Source of the DNA: an uncultured Oscillospiraceae bacterium
GTDB taxonomy: Bacteria; Bacillota; Clostridia; Oscillospirales; Ruminococcaceae
Reading direction: 5' to 3'
Assembly (NCBI GenBank): GCA_934527255.1
Contig: CAKTAM010000001.1
Location: 1-47,939, forward strand
Length of the DNA stretch: 47,939 nucleotides
Positions 26,731 through 35,606 of the stretch are shown piece by piece. The notes under the pieces are model-generated. The model did not search any database and had not been told where the DNA came from. It was given only the letters and a program-made list of their open reading frames with translations. Numbering within the stretch: position 1 is the stretch's first letter; every line of letters begins with the position of its first letter. A program made the translations under genes and the position numbers.

Positions 26731-27207
26731 ATGCCGCAGGTGCTGATACGCCCCATGACGGCGGCGGATGTGCCCGCCGTGGCGGCGCTGGAGCAGACGG
26801 CCCCCGATGCATGGACGGCTGCACAGCTGATGGAAGAGCTGCAGGCGCCGTTTGCCCGCTGCCTGGTGCTGTGCCGCGGCGGCGAGATCGCCGCTTTCTG
26901 TACGGCGCAGGCGGCGGCGGACGAAGCGTCGCTCAACGCCATTACGGTGGCCCCCGCCTGCCGGGGGCAGGGGCTGGGCGGGCAGCTGCTGCGCGCTTTG
27001 ATGCAGCGCCTTGCCGACGAGGGCGCGGCAATGCTGTATCTGGAGGTGCGCGCGGGCAACGCCCCGGCGCTGGCGCTGTATGAACGGGCGGGCTTTTTTC
27101 GCACCGGCAGGCGGCCGCGCTTTTACCGTGACCCGACCGAGGATGCCGTGACCATGCGCTGCCCGCTGCCTGCGGCCCCGGCTGCGCAGCCTGCGCAAAA
27201 CGCATAA
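26731..27207 (+). CDS. rimI: ribosomal-protein-alanine N-acetyltransferase (GNAT)
   Basis: GNAT motif ITVAPACRGQGLGGQLL...YLEVRAGNAPALALYERAGF. Located directly upstream of tsaD. AAAGGAG RBS. Confidence 0.85.
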   Translation: MPQVLIRPMTAADVPAVAALEQTAPDAWTAAQLMEELQAPFARCLVLCRGGEIAAFCTAQAAADEASLNAITVAPACRGQGLGGQLLRALMQRLADEGAAMLYLEVRAGNAPALALYERAGFFRTGRRPRFYRDPTEDAVTMRCPLPAAPAAQPAQNA

Positions 27208-27220
27208 GGAGAGAAACGCC

Positions 27221-28231
27221 ATGTATATTCTGGGAATCGAATCCAGCTGCGACGAAACGGCCGCCGCCGTGGTAGAGGACGGCCGCACGGTGCGCAGCAG
27301 CATCATTGCCAGCTCGGCGGCCGAGCAGAACCTCTACGGCGGCGTGGTGCCCGAGATCGCCAGCCGCCGCCATATTGAAAACATCAGCGGCGTGGCCGAG
27401 GCGGCCCTGCGCGCCGCGGGGCTGCGTACCGATCAGCTGGACGCCGTGGCCGTCACATTTGCCCCGGGGCTGATCGGCGCGGTGCTGGTGGGCACAAACT
27501 TTGCCAAGGGGCTGGCCTATGCGGCCGGGCTGCCGCTGGTGCCGGTGCATCATCTGCGCGGGCACATCGCAGCGCTGTACCTGACGCACCCGCAGCTGAA
27601 GCCGCCGTTTCTGTGCCTGGTGGCCAGCGGCGGGCACAGCCATATTGTACAGGTGGAAAGCTATACCCGCTTTTCCGTGCTGGGGCGCACGGTGGATGAC
27701 GCGGCGGGTGAGGCGTTTGACAAGGTCGCCCGCACGCTGGGGCTGGGGTATCCCGGCGGCCCGGCCGTCAGCAGGGCGGCGCAGGGCGGCGATATTCACG
27801 GCTATGTGCTGCCCACGCCCAAGGTCGAGGGCCGCTACAACGTCAGCTTTTCCGGGCTGAAAACCGCCGTGCTCAACGTCATCAACCAGTGCGCCATGAA
27901 GGGCGAGCAGGTGCGCACGGCGGATCTTGCCGCAAGCTTCCAGTTCCGTATCACGGATATTCTGGCCGAAAAGCTGCTGCTGGCCGCAAAGGACACCGGC
28001 GCAAAGACCCTCTGCGTGGCAGGCGGCGTGGCGGCCAACGCCCTGCTGCGGCAGACCCTTACGCAGCAGTGCCGCCGCCGCGGGCTGCAGCTGTATCTGC
28101 CGGAGCTGTCGCTGTGCGGCGACAATGCCGCCATGATTGCCGCACAGGGGTATTATGAGTATCAGGCGGGCAACATTGCCGACCTTGCGCTCAACAGTCT
28201 GCCCACGCTGCCCATCGACTATCGGGCGTAA
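27221..28231 (+). CDS. tsaD: tRNA N6-adenosine threonylcarbamoyltransferase
   Basis: MYILGIESSCDETAAAVV, HHLRGHI, SGGHS, VAGGVAAN (Kae1/TsaD motifs). Confidence 0.95.
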   Translation: MYILGIESSCDETAAAVVEDGRTVRSSIIASSAAEQNLYGGVVPEIASRRHIENISGVAEAALRAAGLRTDQLDAVAVTFAPGLIGAVLVGTNFAKGLAYAAGLPLVPVHHLRGHIAALYLTHPQLKPPFLCLVASGGHSHIVQVESYTRFSVLGRTVDDAAGEAFDKVARTLGLGYPGGPAVSRAAQGGDIHGYVLPTPKVEGRYNVSFSGLKTAVLNVINQCAMKGEQVRTADLAASFQFRITDILAEKLLLAAKDTGAKTLCVAGGVAANALLRQTLTQQCRRRGLQLYLPELSLCGDNAAMIAAQGYYEYQAGNIADLALNSLPTLPIDYRA

Positions 28232-28359
28232 GGGCCGGAAAGACCTGCCCCTGCGGCGGCGTGACGCGCGCCAGACAGCCCGGCCCGGCGCACCGGTTGC
28301 ACCCTTGCGTACTTTTTTGTACCGAAAGAAAAATTTACCGAAATTTCATGAAAAGCCTC

Positions 28360-28388
28360 TTGCGAAAACGGGGGGGCATGGCTATAAT
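28360..28388 (+). promoter_or_regulatory. sigma70-like promoter of pck
   Basis: TTGCGA-17 nt-TATAAT. Confidence 0.55.
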
Positions 28389-28529
28389 GTTAAACAGGAA
28401 ACCTTGGATTTTTGAACGATTTCAGGCTCCGTGGCTTCCGCAGTAAGGGCCTGTCGGCCGACCGGCGCAGCCCTTTGCAGTACAGTTCAACTCTGGCAGT
28501 TCCAATATAGCAAAGGAAAGGTGAGACAC

Positions 28530-30320
28530 ATGACGAATCTGACCAAAAACCCCCATGTCCTGGCATGGCTGGACGAAGTGATCGCCCTGACCACCCCTGA
28601 TAAGGTGGAGTGGATCGACGGCAGCGAGGCGCAGCTGAAGGCACTGCGCGACGAGGCGCTGGCCACCGGCGAAATGGAAGCGCTGAACGAGACGGAGTAT
28701 CCCGGGTGCCTGCTGCACCGCACCAAGAAGAACGACGTGGCGCGCGTGGAGGGCCGTACCTATATCTGCACCAAGAAGAAAGAGGATGCCGCCCCCATCA
28801 ACAACTGGATGGAGACCAGTGAGATGAAGGCTCTGCTGACCCCGCTGTACACCGGCGTGATGAAGGGCCGCACCATGTATGTGATCCCTTACTGCATGGG
28901 CCCCATCGGCAGTCCCTACTCCAAGGTGGGCATTGAGGTCACCGACTCGATCTACGTTGTGCTGAACATGGATATCATGACCCGTATGGGCAAGCAGGCG
29001 CTGGATCAGCTGGGCGACGAAAGCAACGATTTCGTGCGCGGCCTGCACTCCAAGGCGGATGTGGACGAGGACAAGCGTTATATCGTCCAGTTCCCCGAGG
29101 AGAACACCATCTGGTCGATCAACTCCGCTTACGGCGGCAACGTGCTGCTGGGCAAAAAGTGCTTTGCTCTGCGCATTGCCTCCTATCAGGGCTTCAAGGA
29201 AGGCTGGATGGCCGAGCACATGCTGATTCTCGGCATTGAGGATCCCACCGGCCATGTGGATTATATCACGGCGGCGTTCCCCTCTGCCTGCGGCAAGACC
29301 AATCTGGCCATGCTCATCCCGCCCAAGTACTTTGCCGAAAAGGGCTATAAGGTCTGGACGGTCGGCGACGACATCGCGTGGATGCACATCGGCGAGGACG
29401 GCCGTCTGTACGCCATCAACCCCGAGGCCGGCTTCTTCGGCGTGGCCCCCGGCACCAACGCCAAGTCCAACTACAACGCGCTGATGAGCACCAAGAAGAA
29501 CGCCATCTTCACCAACGTTGCGCTGGATAACGATACCCGCAAGCCCTGGTGGGAGGGTCTGGATAAGAACCCGCCCGTCAATGCCACCGAGTGGACCGGC
29601 ATGAAGGTCAACGGCCCCGAGTATGTCGCCGCCGGCAACAAGCTGGCGCATCCCAACTCGCGCTTTACGGCCCCGGCTGTCAACTGCCCCTGCCTGAGCA
29701 AGGAGTTCAACAACCCCAACGGCGTGCCTGTCACCGCCATGGTGTTCGGCGGCCGTCGTGCCAAAACGGCTCCGCTGGTCTACCAGAGCTTTGACTGGAA
29801 TCACGGCGTGTACGTCGGCTCCGCTATGGCCAGCGAGACGACCGCTGCGGCCACCGGCGCTGTCGGTGTGGTTCGCCGTGACCCCATGGCCATGCGTCCG
29901 TTCACCGGCTATAACATGGGCGATTATTTCGGCCATTGGCTGGATATGGGCAAGAAGCTGGGCGACAAGGCCCCGAAGATCTTCAACGTCAACTGGTTCC
30001 GTACCGATGCGGACGGCCACTTCATCTGGCCGGGCTTCGGCGATAACATGCGCGTGCTGATGTGGATCCTGGCGCGCTGCAAGGGCGAGGTGGACGCCAA
30101 GGAGACGGCCATCGGCTATGAGCCCTATGCCAAGGATATCAACGTCGAGGGCCTGGAGGGCATCGACACCGCGACCATCGAGGGCCTGCTGGAGACCGAC
30201 AAGGATCTGTGGCTGCAGGACTGCGACGGCGTACAGGAGCTGTACGATCAGATCGGCGAGCGCGTGCCTGCCGAGCTGCGTCATCAGCTGCAGGCTCTGC
30301 GTGAGCGTCTGAGCAAGTAA
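28530..30320 (+). CDS. pckG: phosphoenolpyruvate carboxykinase (GTP)
   Basis: GTP-PEPCK motifs (FPSACGKTNLAML, GDDIAWM, NWFR), about 596 aa. Start at MTNLTK with an AAAGGAAAGG RBS. Strongly C-ending codon usage. Confidence 0.93.
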   Translation: MTNLTKNPHVLAWLDEVIALTTPDKVEWIDGSEAQLKALRDEALATGEMEALNETEYPGCLLHRTKKNDVARVEGRTYICTKKKEDAAPINNWMETSEMKALLTPLYTGVMKGRTMYVIPYCMGPIGSPYSKVGIEVTDSIYVVLNMDIMTRMGKQALDQLGDESNDFVRGLHSKADVDEDKRYIVQFPEENTIWSINSAYGGNVLLGKKCFALRIASYQGFKEGWMAEHMLILGIEDPTGHVDYITAAFPSACGKTNLAMLIPPKYFAEKGYKVWTVGDDIAWMHIGEDGRLYAINPEAGFFGVAPGTNAKSNYNALMSTKKNAIFTNVALDNDTRKPWWEGLDKNPPVNATEWTGMKVNGPEYVAAGNKLAHPNSRFTAPAVNCPCLSKEFNNPNGVPVTAMVFGGRRAKTAPLVYQSFDWNHGVYVGSAMASETTAAATGAVGVVRRDPMAMRPFTGYNMGDYFGHWLDMGKKLGDKAPKIFNVNWFRTDADGHFIWPGFGDNMRVLMWILARCKGEVDAKETAIGYEPYAKDINVEGLEGIDTATIEGLLETDKDLWLQDCDGVQELYDQIGERVPAELRHQLQALRERLSK

Positions 30321-30359
30321 CCTGAAGCGCGCCGGACGCCCGGCATCCAAAAGCAAAAC

Positions 30360-30413
30360 AGGCGCTGTACACAGGGCAGGACACCGCCGCCAGTGTGCAG
30401 CGCCTTTTCCTTT
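30360..30413 (+). terminator. rho-independent terminator of pck
   Basis: 13-bp stem AGGCGCTGTACAC/GTGTGCAGCGCCT (one G-U pair) followed by TTTTCCTTT. Confidence 0.6.
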
Positions 30414-30536
30414 GCGCGGGGCTTTTCTGCGGCCCGCCATGGGCCTGTTTGCCGGGCGGCTGCACGCAAAAACGGCAGCCGGGTCGGCGGCGGGTACAGC
30501 CCTGTGAGAAAAGTGGAAAAAACTCTGGCAAAGGGC

Positions 30537-30565
30537 TTGACAAGCAGCAGAAAAAACGATATAAA
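30537..30565 (+). promoter_or_regulatory. sigma70-like promoter of acpP
   Basis: TTGACA-17 nt-TATAAA. Confidence 0.55.
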
Positions 30566-30607
30566 AGAAACAGAAATTCATTCTGATGGAAAGGAAGGTC
30601 AGGCAAC

Positions 30608-30835
30608 ATGGTATTTGACCAAATCAAAGAGATTCTGGCGGAACAGCTGGATCTGGATGAATCCAAAATTACGATGGATTCTGACATTGTGGAAGATCTG
30701 GAGGCAGATAGCCTGGATGTCGTGGATCTTGTCATGTCGATGGAGGATACCTTTGGTGTCGAGGTGCCGGATGAAGCCATTGAGAACTTCAAGACGGTTG
30801 GGGACATCGTTCGTTATATTGAAGAAAACACCTGA
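30608..30835 (+). CDS. acpP: acyl carrier protein
   Basis: 75 aa and acidic, with the phosphopantetheine-attachment motif LEADSLDVVDLV. Confidence 0.93.
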   Translation: MVFDQIKEILAEQLDLDESKITMDSDIVEDLEADSLDVVDLVMSMEDTFGVEVPDEAIENFKTVGDIVRYIEENT

Positions 30836-30848
30836 TGAGCGTTTTTGC

Positions 30849-30884
30849 GGATCCCCCCAAGGCCCCTTGGGGGGATCCTTTTTC
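30849..30884 (+). terminator. rho-independent terminator of acpP
   Basis: GGATCCCCCC/GGGGGGATCC 10-bp stem followed by T5. Confidence 0.7.
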
Positions 30885-30928
30885 GTGGCACCGGTAAGCG
30901 GCGCCGCTTGACACAGGAGGAGGAAAGT

Positions 30929-32362
30929 ATGGCAGAGAAAAAGCTGGTGGAGGCAATCACCGCGCAGGAGGTCGACTTTACCCAATGGTACACGGATGTG
31001 TGCCTGAAGGCGGAGCTGGTGGATTATTCCAGCGTAAAGGGTTTTCTGGTCCTGCGTCCCTACGGACAGGCCATCTGGGAAAACATGCAGCACATTCTGG
31101 ACGCCGAGTTCAAAAAGACCGGACATGAAAATGTGGCCATGCCGGTGCTGATCCCCGAAAGTCTGCTGAAAAAGGAGGGCGAGCTGGTCGAAGGCTTTGC
31201 TCCCGAGGTGGCGTGGGTGACCATGGGCGGCAGCGACAAGCTGGAGGAGCGTCTGGCCGTGCGGCCCACCAGCGAGACCATGTTCTGTGATCACTGGGCC
31301 CATGTGCTGCACAGCTACCGTGAGCTGCCCATGAAGTATAACCAGTGGTGCAGCGTCATCCGCTGGGAAAAGACCACCCGCCCGTTCCTGCGCAGCCGCG
31401 AGTTCTGGTGGCAGGAGGGGCATACCATCCACGAGACCCGCGAAGAGGCCGAGGCCGAAACGCTGCAGCAGCTGAAATGCTACGCCGATTTCTGCGAAAA
31501 GTCGCTGTGCATTCCGGTGGTGTGCGGCCGGAAAACCGACAAGGAAAAGTTTGCCGGCGCCGAGGCCACCTATACCATCGAGGCCATGATGAAGGACGGC
31601 AAGGCGCTGCAAAGCGGCACCAGCCACTTCTTCGGCGATAAGTTCAGCCGGGCCTACGGTGTGACCTTCCAGGGCCGTGACAACAAGCTGCAGTACCCCT
31701 GGCAGACCAGCTGGGGCGCTTCCACCCGCCTGGTGGGTGCGGTCATCATGACCCACGGCGACGACAGCGGTCTGGTGCTGCCGCCCGCCATCGCCCCGTA
31801 TCAGGTGGTCGTGGTGCCCATTGCCGCCCATAAGCCGGGCGTCAGCGAAAAGGCGGCCGAGCTGCGTGACCGCATTGCCCAATTTGCCCGTGTCAAGCTG
31901 GATGACAGCGACAACAGCCCCGGCTGGAAGTTTGCCCAGTGGGAGATGAAGGGCGTGCCGCTGCGTCTGGAGATCGGCCCCAAGGATATGGAGAAGAACC
32001 AGTGTGTGCTGGTGCGCCGTGATAACCGCGAAAAGATCGTGGTTGGGCTGGATGAGCTGGAGACGGCCATTCCCGCCGCGCTGGAGGCACTGTCGCACGA
32101 TCTGTACAAAAAGGCGCTGGAAAACCGCGAGGCGCGCACCTGGACGGCTACAACCATGGAGGAGATACAGCAGCTGGCGGATACCCGCTCTGGCTTTATC
32201 AAGACCATGTGGTGCGGAGAGCTGGCCTGTGAGGAGGCCATGAAGGAGCGTGCCGGGCTTTCCAGCCGCTGCATGCCCCTGCAGCAGGAAGAGCTGGGCA
32301 TGGTGTGCCCGGTGTGCGGCAAGCCCGCCCGCTGCAGCATTGTCTGGGGCAAGGCGTATTAA
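30929..32362 (+). CDS. proS: proline--tRNA ligase (archaeal/eukaryote-like short type)
   Basis: N-terminus ...DFTQWYTDVCLKAELVDYSSVKGFLVLRPYG and class II motifs (RPTSET, FWWQEGHT, GTSHFFG). C-terminal Zn-like CPVCG. GGAGGAGGAAAG RBS. Confidence 0.92.
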   Translation: MAEKKLVEAITAQEVDFTQWYTDVCLKAELVDYSSVKGFLVLRPYGQAIWENMQHILDAEFKKTGHENVAMPVLIPESLLKKEGELVEGFAPEVAWVTMGGSDKLEERLAVRPTSETMFCDHWAHVLHSYRELPMKYNQWCSVIRWEKTTRPFLRSREFWWQEGHTIHETREEAEAETLQQLKCYADFCEKSLCIPVVCGRKTDKEKFAGAEATYTIEAMMKDGKALQSGTSHFFGDKFSRAYGVTFQGRDNKLQYPWQTSWGASTRLVGAVIMTHGDDSGLVLPPAIAPYQVVVVPIAAHKPGVSEKAAELRDRIAQFARVKLDDSDNSPGWKFAQWEMKGVPLRLEIGPKDMEKNQCVLVRRDNREKIVVGLDELETAIPAALEALSHDLYKKALENREARTWTATTMEEIQQLADTRSGFIKTMWCGELACEEAMKERAGLSSRCMPLQQEELGMVCPVCGKPARCSIVWGKAY

Positions 32363-32527
32363 AACACAGCCGCCTGCCGCTGATGCGGCCCGGCTGGGCA
32401 GCCTGTCTGAAAAAAGCGACTGCGCCGCAGCGGGGCCCGTGCCCTGCCGCGGCGCTTTGTCCTTTGGTGCGGGCAGGCTGGACGGCGGCCGCATCGGCGG
32501 CAGCAGACAGAAAAGGAGTGATGCAGG

Positions 32528-33064
32528 ATGGAAACAAACGAAAAAACACAGGCCATTTTGGAAAACCTGCTGACGCGCCGCAGCGTGCGGCGCTATCAGT
32601 CCCGGCAGATTACGGACGATGAGCTGGCCGCGGTGCTGGCGGCGGGCAGCTATGCGCCCACCGGCATGGGCAAGCAGTCGCCGGTCATTGTCGCCGTGCA
32701 GGATGCGGCCACCCGCGCGCAGCTGTCCGCCCTGAACGCCGCCGTGATGGGTGCCAGCGGCGACCCGTTTTACGGTGCGCCCACCGTCGTGGTGGTTCTG
32801 GCCGATCCGCAGATCCCCACTTGGGTAGAGGACGGCAGTCTGGTGCTGGGCAACATGATGAATGCCGCCCACGCGCTGGGGTTGGGCAGCTGCTGGATCC
32901 ATCGCGCCCGGCAGGTGTTTGATGGGCCGCAGGGCAAGCAGCTGCTGCAGCGCTGGGGCCTGCCGCAGTCGCTGTGCGGCGTCGGCCATTGCATTCTGGG
33001 CTATGCAGACGGAGAGCCTGCTGCCCCGGCCCCCCGCAAGGAAGGCTATATCCACCGTGTGTAA
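32528..33064 (+). CDS. nitroreductase family protein
   Basis: LLTRRSVRRYQSRQITDDELAAVLAAGSYAPTGMGKQ is a typical nitroreductase N-terminus; AAAGGAG RBS. Confidence 0.85.
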   Translation: METNEKTQAILENLLTRRSVRRYQSRQITDDELAAVLAAGSYAPTGMGKQSPVIVAVQDAATRAQLSALNAAVMGASGDPFYGAPTVVVVLADPQIPTWVEDGSLVLGNMMNAAHALGLGSCWIHRARQVFDGPQGKQLLQRWGLPQSLCGVGHCILGYADGEPAAPAPRKEGYIHRV

Positions 33065-33093
33065 AAACACGCTTTTCCCCCAAAAAGGTAAAA

Positions 33094-33132
33094 AGACCGC
33101 CTGTCCGGGCAACGCCGGGCAGGCGGTCTTTT
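33094..33132. terminator. bidirectional terminator between convergent genes
   Basis: GACCGCCTG(T)CCGG/CCGGGCAGGCGGTC stem, flanked by A4 and T4. Confidence 0.65.
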
Positions 33133-33148
33133 GTATGTGGTTAAAAGC

Positions 33149-33988
33149 TCAGCTGTCGGTCTCCACCTTTTCCGGCGGGGTCTCCAGCAGCTCCGGATGA
33201 GTAAGATAGGTGCGCATCCGGCGGAACGCCAGCGCAAAATAACTGCCGGAGGCAATGCGCTCATCCATGACGACGCCAAGCGGCATGCAGCGCTCAAACA
33301 CAACGCTGCCATGCTGCACCTTGGGCACCAGACGGGCATTGCCCATGGCAACGCTGATGCTGGTGGTGCCAAACTCGTACACATGGTGATAGATGTGGTT
33401 GGTGCGGATGCTGGCCAGATTGGTGATGAGCAGGCTGCAGTGGAACGGGCTGACATCAATGACCGAACGGGGCAGCAGGCCGTGCCGATCCAGAAATTTG
33501 GCCAGTGCAATGCACACCCGCACCAGTCCGGGCACGCTCAGGAAAAAGCGTACGGCCTTTTCGGTCTTGTTGTTTTCCTGATTGGCGCGGTTCTCCTGTA
33601 TGTAGGCGTCGATCTTTTCCTGTACCTCAAAAATGGTATCCGTCATGGCAAAATCACACTTGGCCATCGAACCGTGCTCATTTATTTTGCCGTCCTTCAG
33701 CACGACCATGCCCACCTTGAAATCCTTGTGGGCATAGGCGCGGCGGTTGATGATAAAGCGGTTCAGGCCGGGAAACTCGGCCGTGGTACGGATGTAGGCC
33801 GCCAGAATCAGCCCCAGGTGCGTGACGTTATGGCCGCGGCGCTTGGCGTCCAGCAGGTAGGCCTTCAGCGGCTCCAGCGGAATGTCCAGCGTGATCATGT
33901 TCATGGCATCATAGCGCTTATCCATAATATAGTTGGCTACGGTGTACATGGGGTCAAAGTTTTTCAGCTTGATGCCGTCAGGTCTCAT
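33149..33988 (-). CDS. 2-oxoacid dehydrogenase acyltransferase (E2)/CAT-fold catalytic-domain family protein with a non-canonical active-site motif
   Basis: C-terminal VVMDERIASGSYFALAF aligns with the E2 signature sFDHRviDGa.aarFl. No lipoyl or subunit-binding domain. AAGGAGA RBS. Confidence 0.75.
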   Translation of the reverse strand: MRPDGIKLKNFDPMYTVANYIMDKRYDAMNMITLDIPLEPLKAYLLDAKRRGHNVTHLGLILAAYIRTTAEFPGLNRFIINRRAYAHKDFKVGMVVLKDGKINEHGSMAKCDFAMTDTIFEVQEKIDAYIQENRANQENNKTEKAVRFFLSVPGLVRVCIALAKFLDRHGLLPRSVIDVSPFHCSLLITNLASIRTNHIYHHVYEFGTTSISVAMGNARLVPKVQHGSVVFERCMPLGVVMDERIASGSYFALAFRRMRTYLTHPELLETPPEKVETDS

Positions 33989-34038
33989 GCGCTATTCTCC
34001 TTGCTGCTATTCACAATTTATTAATAACTACCTCTGCT

Positions 34039-34067
34039 ATTGTACACAAGCTGTAAAAAAATTGCAA
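34039..34067 (-). promoter_or_regulatory. sigma70-like promoter of the E2-like gene
   Basis: Minus strand reads TTGCAA-17 nt-TACAAT. Confidence 0.45.
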
Positions 34068-34122
34068 CTTTTTTTCGGGCGCAAAAGGCCCGAAAATCCG
34101 TTTAGCTGGTGAAAATGCTGTG

Positions 34123-34157
34123 AAAAAAGCCCGACCGCCGAAAACCGGCAGCCGGGC
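34123..34157 (-). terminator. rho-independent terminator of the trigger-factor-like lipoprotein gene
   Basis: Imperfect GCCCGAC.../...GCCGGGC stem with an inner GCCG/CGGC helix, followed by U6 on the minus strand. Confidence 0.55.
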
Positions 34158-34176
34158 AAAGGAAATACGGGGACGA

Positions 34177-35322
34177 TCAATCAGCCGCGACAGCGCTGTT
34201 GGTCAGGTCGGTAAAGCAGCGGGCGGCGTTGGCGTACATGGCCGTATAGTTCGTGCCATAGGTCGAAAGATACTGGTCGTAGTAGCTGCCCAGCAGCGAC
34301 TGGATCTCCTCCTCGCTCAGCTGAACGCCTTTCAGCTCGACCAGCGTCTGGGTGACCAGCATCGAGCGGGCGTTATCCAGCACCGAGGCGGCGTTGGCAT
34401 CCAGGCAGGCCTCCGGAGAGGAATAGCCCTGCAGAGACAACCACTGCTCCAGCGTGACGTCGCCGTACTGCTTGGAATACTGGCTCTGCATATACAGCAG
34501 CATGGCACCATTGTAGTCCAACAGCTTTTGGGGAATCTCACCGTAGGTGGAGTTCTTTACCAGATAATCGGTTACAAACTGGTACTTTTTCTGCGCACCG
34601 TAATAGCTGCTCATGTCGTCGCGCAGGGCCTGTACATCCTCCAGGCCAAGGGTCTCCTTTACCCACTCATCGGTGCATTCCGGCACGGTGGTCTCACCGG
34701 CAATGTAATTGATGGTGGTGCTGAAGACGGCCTCTTTGCCGGCCAGCTCGACGGTGTTGCCGTCCGCATCGGTCGAAGCATCATATTCATCTGGGAAAGT
34801 GACGACCACGTCAAAGGTCTCGCCGGGCATATGGCCAATGATCTGGGTCAGAAAATCATCAATGTAGTTGGTTGAGCCAGCCGTGACGGTAGTGCCGTTG
34901 CCTTTGGTGTCGCCGCCTGTAAAGGCAACCCCATCCACGGTGCCCACATAGTCGATGTTTACCTTGTCGCCGTCTTTCACCACGCGGTCGGTAATTTCTT
35001 CCGTGGTGCTGTAGTTCTTCATCAGCTGCGAGATGTAGTTGTCAATCTCTTCATCGGTGGGGGTGACATCCGCCTGCGTATAGGGGATGGACTCATAGTT
35101 CTCCGGCAGGGTCACATAATCGGAGCCTTTGATACCGATCAGCTGGCCGTTTTCGTCGTACATCGAGGAAATATCAAAATCTTCCCATTTCAGTGCGGCC
35201 GAGGTAAAGGAAACGCCCTCCTCGTTGGTCCAGATGTAATTGTTGGTGGAAGAGGAGCCGCAGGCGGTCATCGCGCCAAGGCACAGCAGGACGACCAGCA
35301 GCAGGCTGAGGATTTTTTTCAT
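34177..35322 (-). CDS. exported trigger-factor-like FKBP-type peptidyl-prolyl isomerase, lipoprotein
   Basis: Signal plus lipobox (LGAMTAC). The central segment GDKVNIDYVGTVDGVAFTGGDT...GETFDVVVTFPDEYD...LAGKEAVFSTTINYI matches the trigger-factor PPIase domain pattern, followed by a helical TF-C-like region. AGGAGA RBS. Confidence 0.85.
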   Translation of the reverse strand: MKKILSLLLVVLLCLGAMTACGSSSTNNYIWTNEEGVSFTSAALKWEDFDISSMYDENGQLIGIKGSDYVTLPENYESIPYTQADVTPTDEEIDNYISQLMKNYSTTEEITDRVVKDGDKVNIDYVGTVDGVAFTGGDTKGNGTTVTAGSTNYIDDFLTQIIGHMPGETFDVVVTFPDEYDASTDADGNTVELAGKEAVFSTTINYIAGETTVPECTDEWVKETLGLEDVQALRDDMSSYYGAQKKYQFVTDYLVKNSTYGEIPQKLLDYNGAMLLYMQSQYSKQYGDVTLEQWLSLQGYSSPEACLDANAASVLDNARSMLVTQTLVELKGVQLSEEEIQSLLGSYYDQYLSTYGTNYTAMYANAARCFTDLTNSAVAAD

Positions 35323-35545
35323 GTTTTCATTCTCCTGTCAAATGTCTTGCCTGCGGGGCCGTCAGCGGTTGCTTTCCGGCTTTTCTCTATGGGGATGCAG
35401 GCAACATTCTTATTATACACCTACGGAAGTGAAAAGTGGGTAACAAATTTTGTGTTTTTCGGAAAAATTTCCGCTTTTTGCTATGCGCGGGCGCCTTTTT
35501 GGCGCCCGGTGGCCCCAAAGCGCAGCCGGGCGGCAGCGTGGCAGC

Positions 35546-35574
35546 TTGTGTGCGGGGCCGATTTGCGCTATAAT
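35546..35574 (+). promoter_or_regulatory. sigma70-like promoter of the histidine phosphatase gene
   Basis: TTGTGT-17 nt-TATAAT. Confidence 0.45.
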
Positions 35575-35606
35575 GAAAGCCGCAAAAAGAAAAGGGAGAC
35601 TTTGTC

